A stretch of 64,000 nt of DNA. It comes from Victivallales bacterium (GTDB lineage: Bacteria > Verrucomicrobiota > Lentisphaeria > Victivallales > UBA1829). The stretch's first letter is position 1; the number at the start of each line of letters is the position of its first letter. The DNA lies in assembly GCA_045114455.1 (NCBI GenBank), contig JBGUKN010000050.1, forward strand, positions 2,736-66,735, given 5' to 3'. Of this stretch, positions 12,298 to 20,424 are shown piece by piece. The position numbers were made by a program, and so were the translations under genes. The notes beneath the pieces were generated by a model, which saw only the letters and a list, made by a program, of their open reading frames with translations, had not been told where the DNA came from and ran no database searches.

Positions 12298-13133
12298 GTT
12301 CAACCGCACCCGGTTCGACCGATACGCCCGCACCCGACGCGGCCGCCGACGTCATTCACAACGGCAACCCGTATTTCGAGGGGAAACCCGCCGCCATCGT
12401 CCGCGAATACCCCACGCAGCTCCACGCCATCGGCCCGGACGGACGGCTCCGCCTCGGCGCGGCGTTCGACCTGATGCAGGACATCGCCGGAGCCCATGCC
12501 GAACTCCTCGGCGTCGGCATCCACGACCTGCGCCGCCTCGGCATCACCTGGGTCCTCTCCCGCCTCATGATCCGGTTCGACGCCCTGCCCCCGCGCGCCG
12601 ATTCCATCCGCCTGAAGACCTGGCCCAGCGGCGTGCACCGTCTCTTCGCCATGCGCCAGTTCGAGCTGACCGACCCCGCCACCGGGCAGCGCGTCGCCAC
12701 CGCCAGCAGCTACTGGCTCATGCTGAAGCTCGCCAACCTGCGCCCCGTCTCCCCCGACGACGTCACCGGCACGTTCCCCTCGAACCCCGGCAAGCCGATC
12801 TTCTTCGAGGACTGGGGCAAGCTCGATGTCGCGCCCGGCTCCGACCCCGTCCGCACCGACATCGGACAGTCCAAGATCGACTACAACAACCATGTGAACA
12901 ACGCCCATTACCCGATGTTCGCGCAGGACTGGCTCGCCGCGAAGCTCGGATACCCCGTCCGCGTGAACTCCATCCGCGTGAACTTCAACTTCGCGCTCCG
13001 GCTCGGCGAGTCCATCGTCACCACGGGCGAAGTCGACGGCGACACCTTCCGCGCCGTCGGGCACACCCCGGACGGAAAGAACGTCTTCGCCTGCGACGGC
13101 GCGTTCGCTCCCATGGAGATCGCCGAAAAGTAA
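12294..13133 (+). CDS. Acyl-ACP thioesterase family protein
   Basis: Start ATG 12294 overlaps the preceding stop (ATGA). Double hot-dog pattern: DIAGAHAELLGVG, ITWVLSRLMIRF, and DYNNHVNNAHY at the start of the second half. Confidence 0.75.
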   Translation: MSSTAPGSTDTPAPDAAADVIHNGNPYFEGKPAAIVREYPTQLHAIGPDGRLRLGAAFDLMQDIAGAHAELLGVGIHDLRRLGITWVLSRLMIRFDALPPRADSIRLKTWPSGVHRLFAMRQFELTDPATGQRVATASSYWLMLKLANLRPVSPDDVTGTFPSNPGKPIFFEDWGKLDVAPGSDPVRTDIGQSKIDYNNHVNNAHYPMFAQDWLAAKLGYPVRVNSIRVNFNFALRLGESIVTTGEVDGDTFRAVGHTPDGKNVFACDGAFAPMEIAEK

Positions 13134-13186
13134 CCTCATTCCCGTTCACAATTCATCTTCACTTTTCATACCGGAGGACCCCCCGC

Positions 13187-14359
13187 ATGAATCCCGAACT
13201 CAACCGACTTTCCGATCTGCTCCGTGCATCCGTCGATGCCGGCGAATACGCCGGCGCGTCCGTCATGGTCCTGCACAAGGGCAAGGAGATCTACTACACG
13301 GATTACGGCTATGCCGACGTCGAATCCGGCAGAAAGATCGCCCGCGACACCATCTTCCGCATCTATTCGCAGTCGAAGCCGGTCACAGGGACCGCCGCCG
13401 TAATGAACATCGACCGAGGCATCCTGTCGCCCCGCGCCATGGTCGCGCGCTTCCTGCCGGGATTCGCGAACCAGCGGTACGACACCGAGCACGGACAGGG
13501 CCTCGCCGTGGTCAGCGACCGCCCGATGTTCGTCTCCGACCTGCTGAACATGACCTCCGGGCTGCTCTATCCCGACTGCTCGCCGGACGTCGCGCTGGTC
13601 GTGCGTGAGATGGAGGACCTCCGCAAGCAGGGCGTCCAGCTCTCCACGGTCGAATTCGCGAACAGACTCGGCGGATGCCGCCTCGCGTTCAAGCCCGGCG
13701 ACCGCTGGGCGTACGGCTACTCCGCCGACGTCATGGGCGCGGTCATCGAGGTCGCCGCCGGAAAACGCTTCGGGCAGTATCTTCAGGACGAGATCTTCGG
13801 CCCGCTCGGCATGAAGGACACCGGATTCGTCGTCCCCGAGGCGAAACGCGCCCGCCTCGCGACAGCCTACGACCACCGCGACCACACCCGCAAACGCTTC
13901 GACTACGCCGACTGGCACCTCGGGCTGAACGCCTACCGCGAGGATACCGCGTTCGAGTCCGGCGGCGCGGGCCTCGTCTCCACCATCGGCGACTACGCCG
14001 AGTTCGTGAAGATGCTCATGAACCGCGGCACGTACAACGGACACAAATTCCTGTCCTCCGCCGGGTTCGACTACCTGATCTCTCCCCAGCTCACGCCGTG
14101 GCAGGCGCGCACGTTCAACTGGCAGGACCTCCCCGCCCAGAACTACGGCAATTTCCTCTTCATGAAGACCTTCGGCGGATGTTCCTCCACCACCGACGCC
14201 ATCGGCTCGTTCGGCTGGGGCGGCTGGCTGGAAACGAACTTCACGCTCGACCTGAAAAATCAGATCGCCGTCCTCTTCATGGCGCAGAACCAGTCCCCGC
14301 AGGACAATTCCCACCTCTTCCACCGCCTCCGCAACGCCGCCTATTTCGCCCTGACGTAA
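13187..14359 (+). CDS. Serine hydrolase of the beta-lactamase (class C/PBP4*-like) family
   Basis: GGAGGA SD. SxxK motif in FRIYSQSKPVT, YGYSADVMG (Y-x-S/N region), and a GWGGW-type C-terminal motif. Confidence 0.8.
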   Translation: MNPELNRLSDLLRASVDAGEYAGASVMVLHKGKEIYYTDYGYADVESGRKIARDTIFRIYSQSKPVTGTAAVMNIDRGILSPRAMVARFLPGFANQRYDTEHGQGLAVVSDRPMFVSDLLNMTSGLLYPDCSPDVALVVREMEDLRKQGVQLSTVEFANRLGGCRLAFKPGDRWAYGYSADVMGAVIEVAAGKRFGQYLQDEIFGPLGMKDTGFVVPEAKRARLATAYDHRDHTRKRFDYADWHLGLNAYREDTAFESGGAGLVSTIGDYAEFVKMLMNRGTYNGHKFLSSAGFDYLISPQLTPWQARTFNWQDLPAQNYGNFLFMKTFGGCSSTTDAIGSFGWGGWLETNFTLDLKNQIAVLFMAQNQSPQDNSHLFHRLRNAAYFALT

Positions 14360-14371
14360 TCATAGAAGTGA

Positions 14372-15031
14372 CTACAGGATTTCAACGGCATTCTCAAACA
14401 GTTCCGGATGCTCTTTGAATAGTTGGCAATCAGGGGAAATAAGAGAAACCTTGCGCCGAAGCAGGATAGTGAGTTCATTCAAAAACGCCGCCTGATCGAA
14501 CAGCGAAAAATGCTGCGGATGTTCGAATAGGAGCTCCAAGTCTGAATCGTACTTCTCGGAACGACTGGCGATTTCTCCAAAGACCTTGATTGATTTTATG
14601 CTGAAACGTCCGGCGATTTCCCTGATTTCATCCTGTTTGCGAAGGAGAAAGTCGAGCGCATGTTCCTGAGATTGGTCAAACTGCTGTTTTGCGCTTTGAA
14701 ACTCGGGAATCTCTTGGATCTGTTTCAATGCCTGAGGTACGTCATCCTGCGTGATCGACCAGACGACATCCAGGTCGATCCCGAAATAATGATGCGAGAG
14801 CAAATCACGAAACTTCGCCATGTAGGACCAGTCAACATTCGGATACTTTTCCAGAAACCCCTGGGATAGATTCTTGACGGCCTCTCCGATAATCTCAAAC
14901 TTCCGCTCGATGGCATCCTGCCTCATTTTCTCCGCGAAGAAATCGGCCTGACCGTCCGATGTGTAGGAAACGATGTCGTTCAACGCTTCGTAAATATGCA
15001 GAAGAAACGTGCCATCCGAGCGTTTTTTCAT
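14372..15031 (-). CDS. hepT: HepT (DUF86/HEPN) RNase toxin fused to a C-terminal MntA-like nucleotidyltransferase domain
   Basis: Internal ATG 15031 of track ORF 14372..15316; overlaps the mntA stop (ATGA). The N-terminal half has Rx4HxY (RDLLSHHY). The C-terminal ~95 aa align to the neighbouring MntA (VFGEIASRSEKYDSDLELLFE vs VFGSCARGEETPDSDIDLLVE). Confidence 0.75.
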   Translation of the reverse strand: MKKRSDGTFLLHIYEALNDIVSYTSDGQADFFAEKMRQDAIERKFEIIGEAVKNLSQGFLEKYPNVDWSYMAKFRDLLSHHYFGIDLDVVWSITQDDVPQALKQIQEIPEFQSAKQQFDQSQEHALDFLLRKQDEIREIAGRFSIKSIKVFGEIASRSEKYDSDLELLFEHPQHFSLFDQAAFLNELTILLRRKVSLISPDCQLFKEHPELFENAVEIL

Positions 15032-15318
15032 AGCAGAACGGCCTCGGACAGAACGGTATTTCTGATGAACGGACTGAGCCCGTTTTTGGAAACGACGTCG
15101 ACGCTGCATCCCAGGAGCTTTTCGAAACCGTCCTGAAGCCCGAGCAGATCGCGGAACGAAACGCCTTTTTGAAGCTCGACCAGAAGGTCGATATCGCTGT
15201 CCGGGGTCTCCTCGCCGCGGGCACAGGAACCGAACACATAGACCTTGTCGGCCTTGTGCTTTCTGGCGATCTCGTAAATCTCGCCTCTCAAACTGCGCAG
15301 TCTGTCGAGCTGGCACAT
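15028..15318 (-). CDS. mntA: MntA-type minimal nucleotidyltransferase antitoxin
   Basis: 96 aa with GSx10DxD (GSCARGEETPDSDIDLL), located immediately upstream of and overlapping the HepT gene. Confidence 0.85.
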   Translation of the reverse strand: MCQLDRLRSLRGEIYEIARKHKADKVYVFGSCARGEETPDSDIDLLVELQKGVSFRDLLGLQDGFEKLLGCSVDVVSKNGLSPFIRNTVLSEAVLL

Positions 15319-15451
15319 CGTTTCGTCTCCCGCGTTAGGGAATGCGTTTCCGGTTCATTCTCTTTGCTTTATACATTACGCCCGAATCGGGAAAAAGTCA
15401 AATCGAAAGTAAGATTTTTTTACAAAGAGTTCATCGTGTTTCCGCTTGATT

Positions 15452-15880
15452 TCACGGATTGATGTACGTGTTCCATATCGTGATGCTGGAGACATTTTCC
15501 AGTTCCGATATTTCAATCCGCCGGATCGTTTTGACATGATCGGAGGGGATGGTAAAACGGTAAAAGGAAGAGGACTCCCTGAACGAGGAGGAAGCCTTTT
15601 CGCCGTTCACGAGAACGTATTCGATCGAACAGCCCATTGTCCCGGAATCCTGAGCTTCTATGTCCAAATACAGGTGAAGATAATCCCGCCGGAATGTTTC
15701 GGGGATTTCATAAATGGTTCTTTCCGGGGGAGCCTGATCCGCCGTCGCCTGATAGATCGTTTCGATCTGAGGCGGATGGGTTTGACGTTTGTACAGCGTA
15801 CAGACTCCGGGTCCGAACACAACGACCAGCACAAGGGCGAGGAACAGAACGATCAACAAAGAGACACTTCTTTTTTTCAT
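15452..15880 (-). CDS. Hypothetical N-terminally membrane-anchored protein (142 aa)
   Basis: Internal ATG 15880 with GGAGG about 10 nt upstream. MKKRSVSLLIVLFLALVLVVVFG anchor followed by a beta-rich ~110-aa domain. Start overlaps the stop of the upstream gene (ATGA). No family recognised. Confidence 0.5.
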   Translation of the reverse strand: MKKRSVSLLIVLFLALVLVVVFGPGVCTLYKRQTHPPQIETIYQATADQAPPERTIYEIPETFRRDYLHLYLDIEAQDSGTMGCSIEYVLVNGEKASSSFRESSSFYRFTIPSDHVKTIRRIEISELENVSSITIWNTYINP

Positions 15881-16404
15881 TTCCCGGAGCCTCCGTCCGA
15901 ATCGCGGAAAACCGCCGCAATCGTTTCCAGCACGTCGGCGATCGTGTGTTCCGGCGTGATGAGCGAAGTATCCACGAGCGGGACATCTCCGCACCGGACA
16001 CCTGAACGAACCAGCCTGCCCCCGATGCTGTGATCCGACTTCATCTTTTCCTTTTCCCCGGGGTGAAGGATCAAATAGATGCCGTTGACCGTGTCCGTGT
16101 CTGCCTCGAACGCGTCATAACGGTCGATTTCGAGGGGCGCCAGCGCCAGAAACGGATCGGACGGCAGAAACAGGGCGTTGGGCCAGCCGTTGTTGCGTCG
16201 AATGCAGTCCCGGATTTCCCGTATCTCCTGCGCCGGAAAACGGCTGGAGGACCACACAGCTTCGATCTCATCCTTGAAGCTAGCCCGCGACAGCAGCTGC
16301 CGCCGGACTTTCTTCCTGAATCTGCCGTTCGCGCCGAAAAACGGCAGGGGCGCAAAGAATCCGAACGCGCTTTTCGGCGGGAGTGATATCGGTTCGACCA
16401 TCAT
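15877..16404 (-). CDS. Hypothetical protein (175 aa)
   Basis: ATGATG start with GAGGA SD 6 nt upstream. No motif recognised. Coding is supported by the SD, operon context and overlap with the next gene. Confidence 0.5.
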   Translation of the reverse strand: MMVEPISLPPKSAFGFFAPLPFFGANGRFRKKVRRQLLSRASFKDEIEAVWSSSRFPAQEIREIRDCIRRNNGWPNALFLPSDPFLALAPLEIDRYDAFEADTDTVNGIYLILHPGEKEKMKSDHSIGGRLVRSGVRCGDVPLVDTSLITPEHTIADVLETIAAVFRDSDGGSGK

Positions 16405-16425
16405 ATGATATCCTCGCTTTCGGGT

Positions 16426-16779
16426 TTATCTCATCACCAGATAGAAGGCAAATATCCCGGTCGCCAGGGCGCCCGCGCTCCATGACCAGTACATCTGCTT
16501 TTCCGCGAGGATCAGCTGTTCCGCTTTCGCCTTGTCGTATTCCATGAGGACCTGATTGCGTTTCACAAGATCCTCGGCGATCCTGTCGTACCATGGCGTG
16601 GAGAGCATTCTGTAATGCCAAAGCGGATATCTGGGAAAAACCCTGATGCATTCATTTTCACAAGCGGGCAGCGTGTTCTGGAAATACCATTTTATTCGGA
16701 ACCACCGGAACAACGCCCGGCCCCAGATAAAGACCGAGGTCCCCACCGCAGCAAGATACAGTATGATGAGCCACGTCAT
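16426..16779 (-). CDS. Hypothetical small membrane protein with two terminal TM helices (117 aa)
   Basis: C-terminal part of track ORF 16426..17877, from ATG 16779. Hydrophobic N-terminus (WLIILYLAAVGTSVFIW) and C-terminus (GALATGIFAFYLV). Lies 21 nt upstream of the next gene. Confidence 0.45.
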   Translation of the reverse strand: MTWLIILYLAAVGTSVFIWGRALFRWFRIKWYFQNTLPACENECIRVFPRYPLWHYRMLSTPWYDRIAEDLVKRNQVLMEYDKAKAEQLILAEKQMYWSWSAGALATGIFAFYLVMR

Positions 16780-16889
16780 GATCGTTATTGCACCTCGAAT
16801 GGCGCGATATAGATGTCGTACACGGCTTGCGGGATGAACCTCGGGATCCCTCGTCCGTTGTATGCGGTTCAGAAATGTATAGAAAAAGC

Positions 16890-17804
16890 TTACAGCGCGA
16901 GCATGCGTTCGATGGGGACGAGCGCGGCGGTCATGATCTCGGGATCGAGCGCGATCTCCTCGCATTTCCCCTGAAGCGCGGCCAGCACGTTTTCGAGCGT
17001 GATCTTCTTCATGTCCGGGCAGACGACCTGCGGCAGGAGCGGATGGAACACCTTGCCGGGGTTCTCGCGCATCATGCGGTGGATGATGCCGAGTTCGGTA
17101 CCGATGATGAACTCCTTGAACAGCGATTCGGACACATGCCGGAGCATGCCGCCCGTACTGAGCGCGGCGTCGGCGGCCTCCACGACCATCGGACGGCATT
17201 CGGGGTGCACCAGCACCTCGGCCTCCGGGTGCGCCGCGCGCGCCTCGCGGATGCTCTCCAGCGTGATATGGTCGTGCACGGGGCAGCAGCCGCTCCACAG
17301 GGACATCGGGCGGCCGAGCTTGTCCGCCATATTCGCGCCGAGGTTGCGGTCGGGCAGGAACATGACCTTCGCGTCCGCCGGGATCGCGTTCAGCACGCGC
17401 TCCACGTTGCCGGAAGTGCAGCACCAGTCGACCTGCGACTTCACGGCGGCGGAACTGTTCACATACGCCACCAGGACCTCGTCCGGGTGTTCCCTGCGGT
17501 ACTGGCGCACCTCGTCGACCTGCGCCATATCCGCCATGGGGCATCCGGCGGCGGAATTGGGCAGGATCACGCGGGAATCGGGCGACAGGATCTTCGCGGT
17601 CTCCGCCATGAAGCGGACGCCGCAGAAGACCATGAGGTCGGCCTGATATTTTTTCGCCTTGACGCTGAGCTCCAGCGAGTCGCCGCAGAAGTCGGCGATG
17701 TCCTGGATCGCGCCGTCGACGTAGTTGTGCGCGAGGATGGTCGCTCCGGTCTGCGCCTTGAGCGCCAGGATCTCTTTCTGAAGCTCGGCGGGGTCGCGTT
17801 TCAT
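16890..17804 (-). CDS. nadA: Quinolinate synthase
   Basis: ILAHNY, FCGVRFMAETAKIL, AGCPMA, YVNSSA, CCTSGN, HPEC. Full-length 304 aa. Confidence 0.93.
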   Translation of the reverse strand: MKRDPAELQKEILALKAQTGATILAHNYVDGAIQDIADFCGDSLELSVKAKKYQADLMVFCGVRFMAETAKILSPDSRVILPNSAAGCPMADMAQVDEVRQYRREHPDEVLVAYVNSSAAVKSQVDWCCTSGNVERVLNAIPADAKVMFLPDRNLGANMADKLGRPMSLWSGCCPVHDHITLESIREARAAHPEAEVLVHPECRPMVVEAADAALSTGGMLRHVSESLFKEFIIGTELGIIHRMMRENPGKVFHPLLPQVVCPDMKKITLENVLAALQGKCEEIALDPEIMTAALVPIERMLAL

Positions 17805-18871
17805 TTCGCGCCTCCGGCGCCGGCGTCCGCGCCCTTGCCTTCGAGCTCGGCGATCTTCGCCTCAAGTTTGGCGACACGGTCCATGAGCTTGCGGACGCGG
17901 ATCGGAAGGGCGAAGCGTTCGAGGTACGCCTGCTGGCTTTCGCCGGGGACGCCGAATACGGTTTCGCCGGGGGGCGTGCTCTTCTGGGCGGCGGAGAGCC
18001 CGAGCACCCTGGAGCCGTCGCCCATGGTGATGTGGCCGTTCACGCCCGCGCGCGCCTGAAGCTCCACGCCGCGCCCGAGCTCGGCGCTGCCCGCGATGCC
18101 GGACTGGCCGATCAGCACGCACGATTCGCCGACGATCACGTTGTGCGCCACGAAGACCTGGTTGTCGATCTTCACGCCCTTCTTGATCCACGTCATGCCG
18201 AAGCGGGCGCGGTCGATGGTCGTGCACGCGCCGACTTCAACGTCATCGTCGATCCTCACGATGCCGTTCTGCGGCACCTTCACGAGTCCGCGGAACGAGG
18301 GAGTGTAGCCGAATCCGTCGGCGCCAATGACCGCGCAGCCGTGAATGATCACGCGGTTGCCGATGATGCAGCGGTGCATGATGCACACGCCGGGATAGAT
18401 CGTGGTGTTCTCGCCGACCTTCGTTTCCTGTCCGATGTAGGCGCAGGCGCAAATCTTGGTGTTCTTGCCGATCTCCGCGCCCTCCATGATGACGGCGTTC
18501 GGGCCCACGTGGACGCCCTCGGCGAGCTTCGCGGTCGGGTGGACGAACGCGGTCGGGTGGACGCCGACGGGGTAGTCGAGCGGGTCCGGGGCAAAGATAT
18601 TGCAGAGCTTGGAGAAAGCCTTGTCCGGGTCGTCGCAATGGATGTTGGTCTGGCCCTCGGGCGGCTCGTATTTCCAGTCTCTCGGCACCAGCACGATGCC
18701 GGCATGGCTCTCGCGCTGCGCCTTCAGGTATTTCGCGCTGTTGAGGAACGACACTTCGTTGCGTTCCGCGAGTTTCAGGGAATTGACCGCGTTGACCACG
18801 GCGTCCGGGTTGCCGACGACTGTGCCGCGCACGATCTCGGCAAGTTCGGATGCTTTGTATTCTTTGCTCAT
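17801..18871 (-). CDS. lpxD: UDP-3-O-acylglucosamine N-acyltransferase
   Basis: Start moved to ATG 18871 (MSKEYKASELAEIV). Left-handed beta-helix hexapeptide repeats throughout. 4-nt overlap with the nadA start. Confidence 0.9.
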   Translation of the reverse strand: MSKEYKASELAEIVRGTVVGNPDAVVNAVNSLKLAERNEVSFLNSAKYLKAQRESHAGIVLVPRDWKYEPPEGQTNIHCDDPDKAFSKLCNIFAPDPLDYPVGVHPTAFVHPTAKLAEGVHVGPNAVIMEGAEIGKNTKICACAYIGQETKVGENTTIYPGVCIMHRCIIGNRVIIHGCAVIGADGFGYTPSFRGLVKVPQNGIVRIDDDVEVGACTTIDRARFGMTWIKKGVKIDNQVFVAHNVIVGESCVLIGQSGIAGSAELGRGVELQARAGVNGHITMGDGSRVLGLSAAQKSTPPGETVFGVPGESQQAYLERFALPIRVRKLMDRVAKLEAKIAELEGKGADAGAGGAK

Positions 18872-18935
18872 TTCAAGTCCTTTTATGGGTAAGTTTGGTG
18901 TTTTTCGGTTGAGGTGCGGCCCGTTCATCCGCGGT

Positions 18936-19544
18936 TCATTTGCCGGACGCGGCGGCCCCGGCGGGATCCTTCGCGTTCTTGCGGTAGCCGCGATTCAGGT
19001 CCTGGATGATCGAATCGGTGATGTCGAGCCCGGGCTGGACGTAGATCACGAACCCGACGTCGTTCAGGGATTCGCCGGACTGGTCCAGCACGAGCGTATA
19101 GCCTTCGAGCACGGCCTTGTTGTGGACGGCCTTGCGGATTTCGTCGACCACTTCGCCGCGCAGTTTCGTGTACATGTCGCGGATCTGCGTCTTGCGGCTC
19201 TCGGAGTAGCTGGTCATCTCCTGCTCCTTCAGCTTCAGCGACTCGTACAGTTGCTGCGCCTTCTGGCGCTTGTTCTCGCGCTCGGCGGAGGAGTACGCGA
19301 TGTTCTGCGAGTCGTCGCGGGCGGACTCGTACTGCTTCCGCAGGTTCTGGTACTGCTGGTTCAGCTGGTTGGAATACTCTTTGAAGACTTCCATCTGCTG
19401 GTTGAGCTTGATCTCGATGGTCTTGGTCTTCTCGTATTCCTCAAAAGCCTTCTGCATGTCGATCACGGCAATCTTCAGCTCGGCGGCGCGCAGTCCGGCG
19501 GTCATGGTCAAAGCCAGCATCAAAGCGGCGAGGATTCGTTTCAT
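18936..19544 (-). CDS. skp: OmpH/Skp-family periplasmic chaperone
   Basis: Signal peptide MKRILAALMLALTMTAGLRAA. KIAVIDMQKAF start and a long coiled-coil are typical of Skp. Conserved position next to lpxD. Confidence 0.8.
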   Translation of the reverse strand: MKRILAALMLALTMTAGLRAAELKIAVIDMQKAFEEYEKTKTIEIKLNQQMEVFKEYSNQLNQQYQNLRKQYESARDDSQNIAYSSAERENKRQKAQQLYESLKLKEQEMTSYSESRKTQIRDMYTKLRGEVVDEIRKAVHNKAVLEGYTLVLDQSGESLNDVGFVIYVQPGLDITDSIIQDLNRGYRKNAKDPAGAAASGK

Positions 19545-19668
19545 GGTCTCGTTCTCCTTCCGGGAAAAAGAAAAAAGTTCTCTTTAAAGATAGAGCAAGT
19601 CTTGAAATATACAAACTCAACATCTATTTTATATCGGTTTTTTTCACATTTTTTGGAGTTTTCGACCT

Positions 19669-20424
19669 ATGAATCCCGATCCCATCCAGTCCGCGGCGGA
19701 CATCATCGCCGAAAAAAAGAACATGCTGATTTTCACGGGAGCCGGCGTCTCGGTCGAAAGCGGCATCCCGCCGTTCCGCGGCGCGGGCGGGCTGTGGCAG
19801 AAGGTGAACCCGGATTTCTTCGAGATCGACCACTTCATGCGGCACCCCGTGGAATCGTGGAACCGCATCCGCTCCATCTTCTACGACCTGTGGGGCAAAT
19901 CCGCCCCGAATCCCGCGCACCTCGCGTTCGCCGAGCTCGAAAAGATGGGCATCGCATTCTCGCTCGTCACGCAGAACATCGACAATCTCCACCAGATGGC
20001 GGGCTCGAAGAACGTGATCGAATTCCACGGCACGCTCGGACGCCTCCGCTGCACCGCGTGCTCGTTCGCCGGTCCGCCGACGCGCGATCTCCTCGCGGGC
20101 GATCCGCCGTCCTGCCCGAAGTGCGCCGCTCTGCTCAAGCCGGACATCGTCTTCTTCGGCGAAGGCATCCCGGAACATGCCATGGAACAGTCCTTCGCGG
20201 ACGCCGAATCGTGCAGCGTGTGCCTCGTCAGCGGGACCACGGGCGAGGTCATGCCCGCCTGCATGGTACCGCATACCGCGAAACGCCGCGGCGCGGTCGT
20301 GATCGAGGTCAATCCGGAGGGATCCGCGTTCACCGGGCACATCACCGACATCTACATCCGCGGCAAAGCGGGCGAAGTCATGCCGCAGCTCCTCGAAGAA
20401 GTCAAAAAGCGCCTCGCGGAATGA
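19669..20424 (+). CDS. cobB: NAD-dependent protein deacylase (sirtuin, CobB-like)
   Basis: GAGVSVESGIPPFRG, TQNIDNLH, EFHG, and Zn ribbon CTAC...CPKC. GGAG SD. Confidence 0.9.
   Translation: MNPDPIQSAADIIAEKKNMLIFTGAGVSVESGIPPFRGAGGLWQKVNPDFFEIDHFMRHPVESWNRIRSIFYDLWGKSAPNPAHLAFAELEKMGIAFSLVTQNIDNLHQMAGSKNVIEFHGTLGRLRCTACSFAGPPTRDLLAGDPPSCPKCAALLKPDIVFFGEGIPEHAMEQSFADAESCSVCLVSGTTGEVMPACMVPHTAKRRGAVVIEVNPEGSAFTGHITDIYIRGKAGEVMPQLLEEVKKRLAE

Noticed and set aside
18600-20420. N-terminal 607 aa of the 1443-aa track ORF that ends as HrpB.
   Set aside because: This part runs antisense through lpxD and skp and in an alternative frame through cobB. HrpB homology begins at ATG 20421, which overlaps the cobB stop (ATGA).
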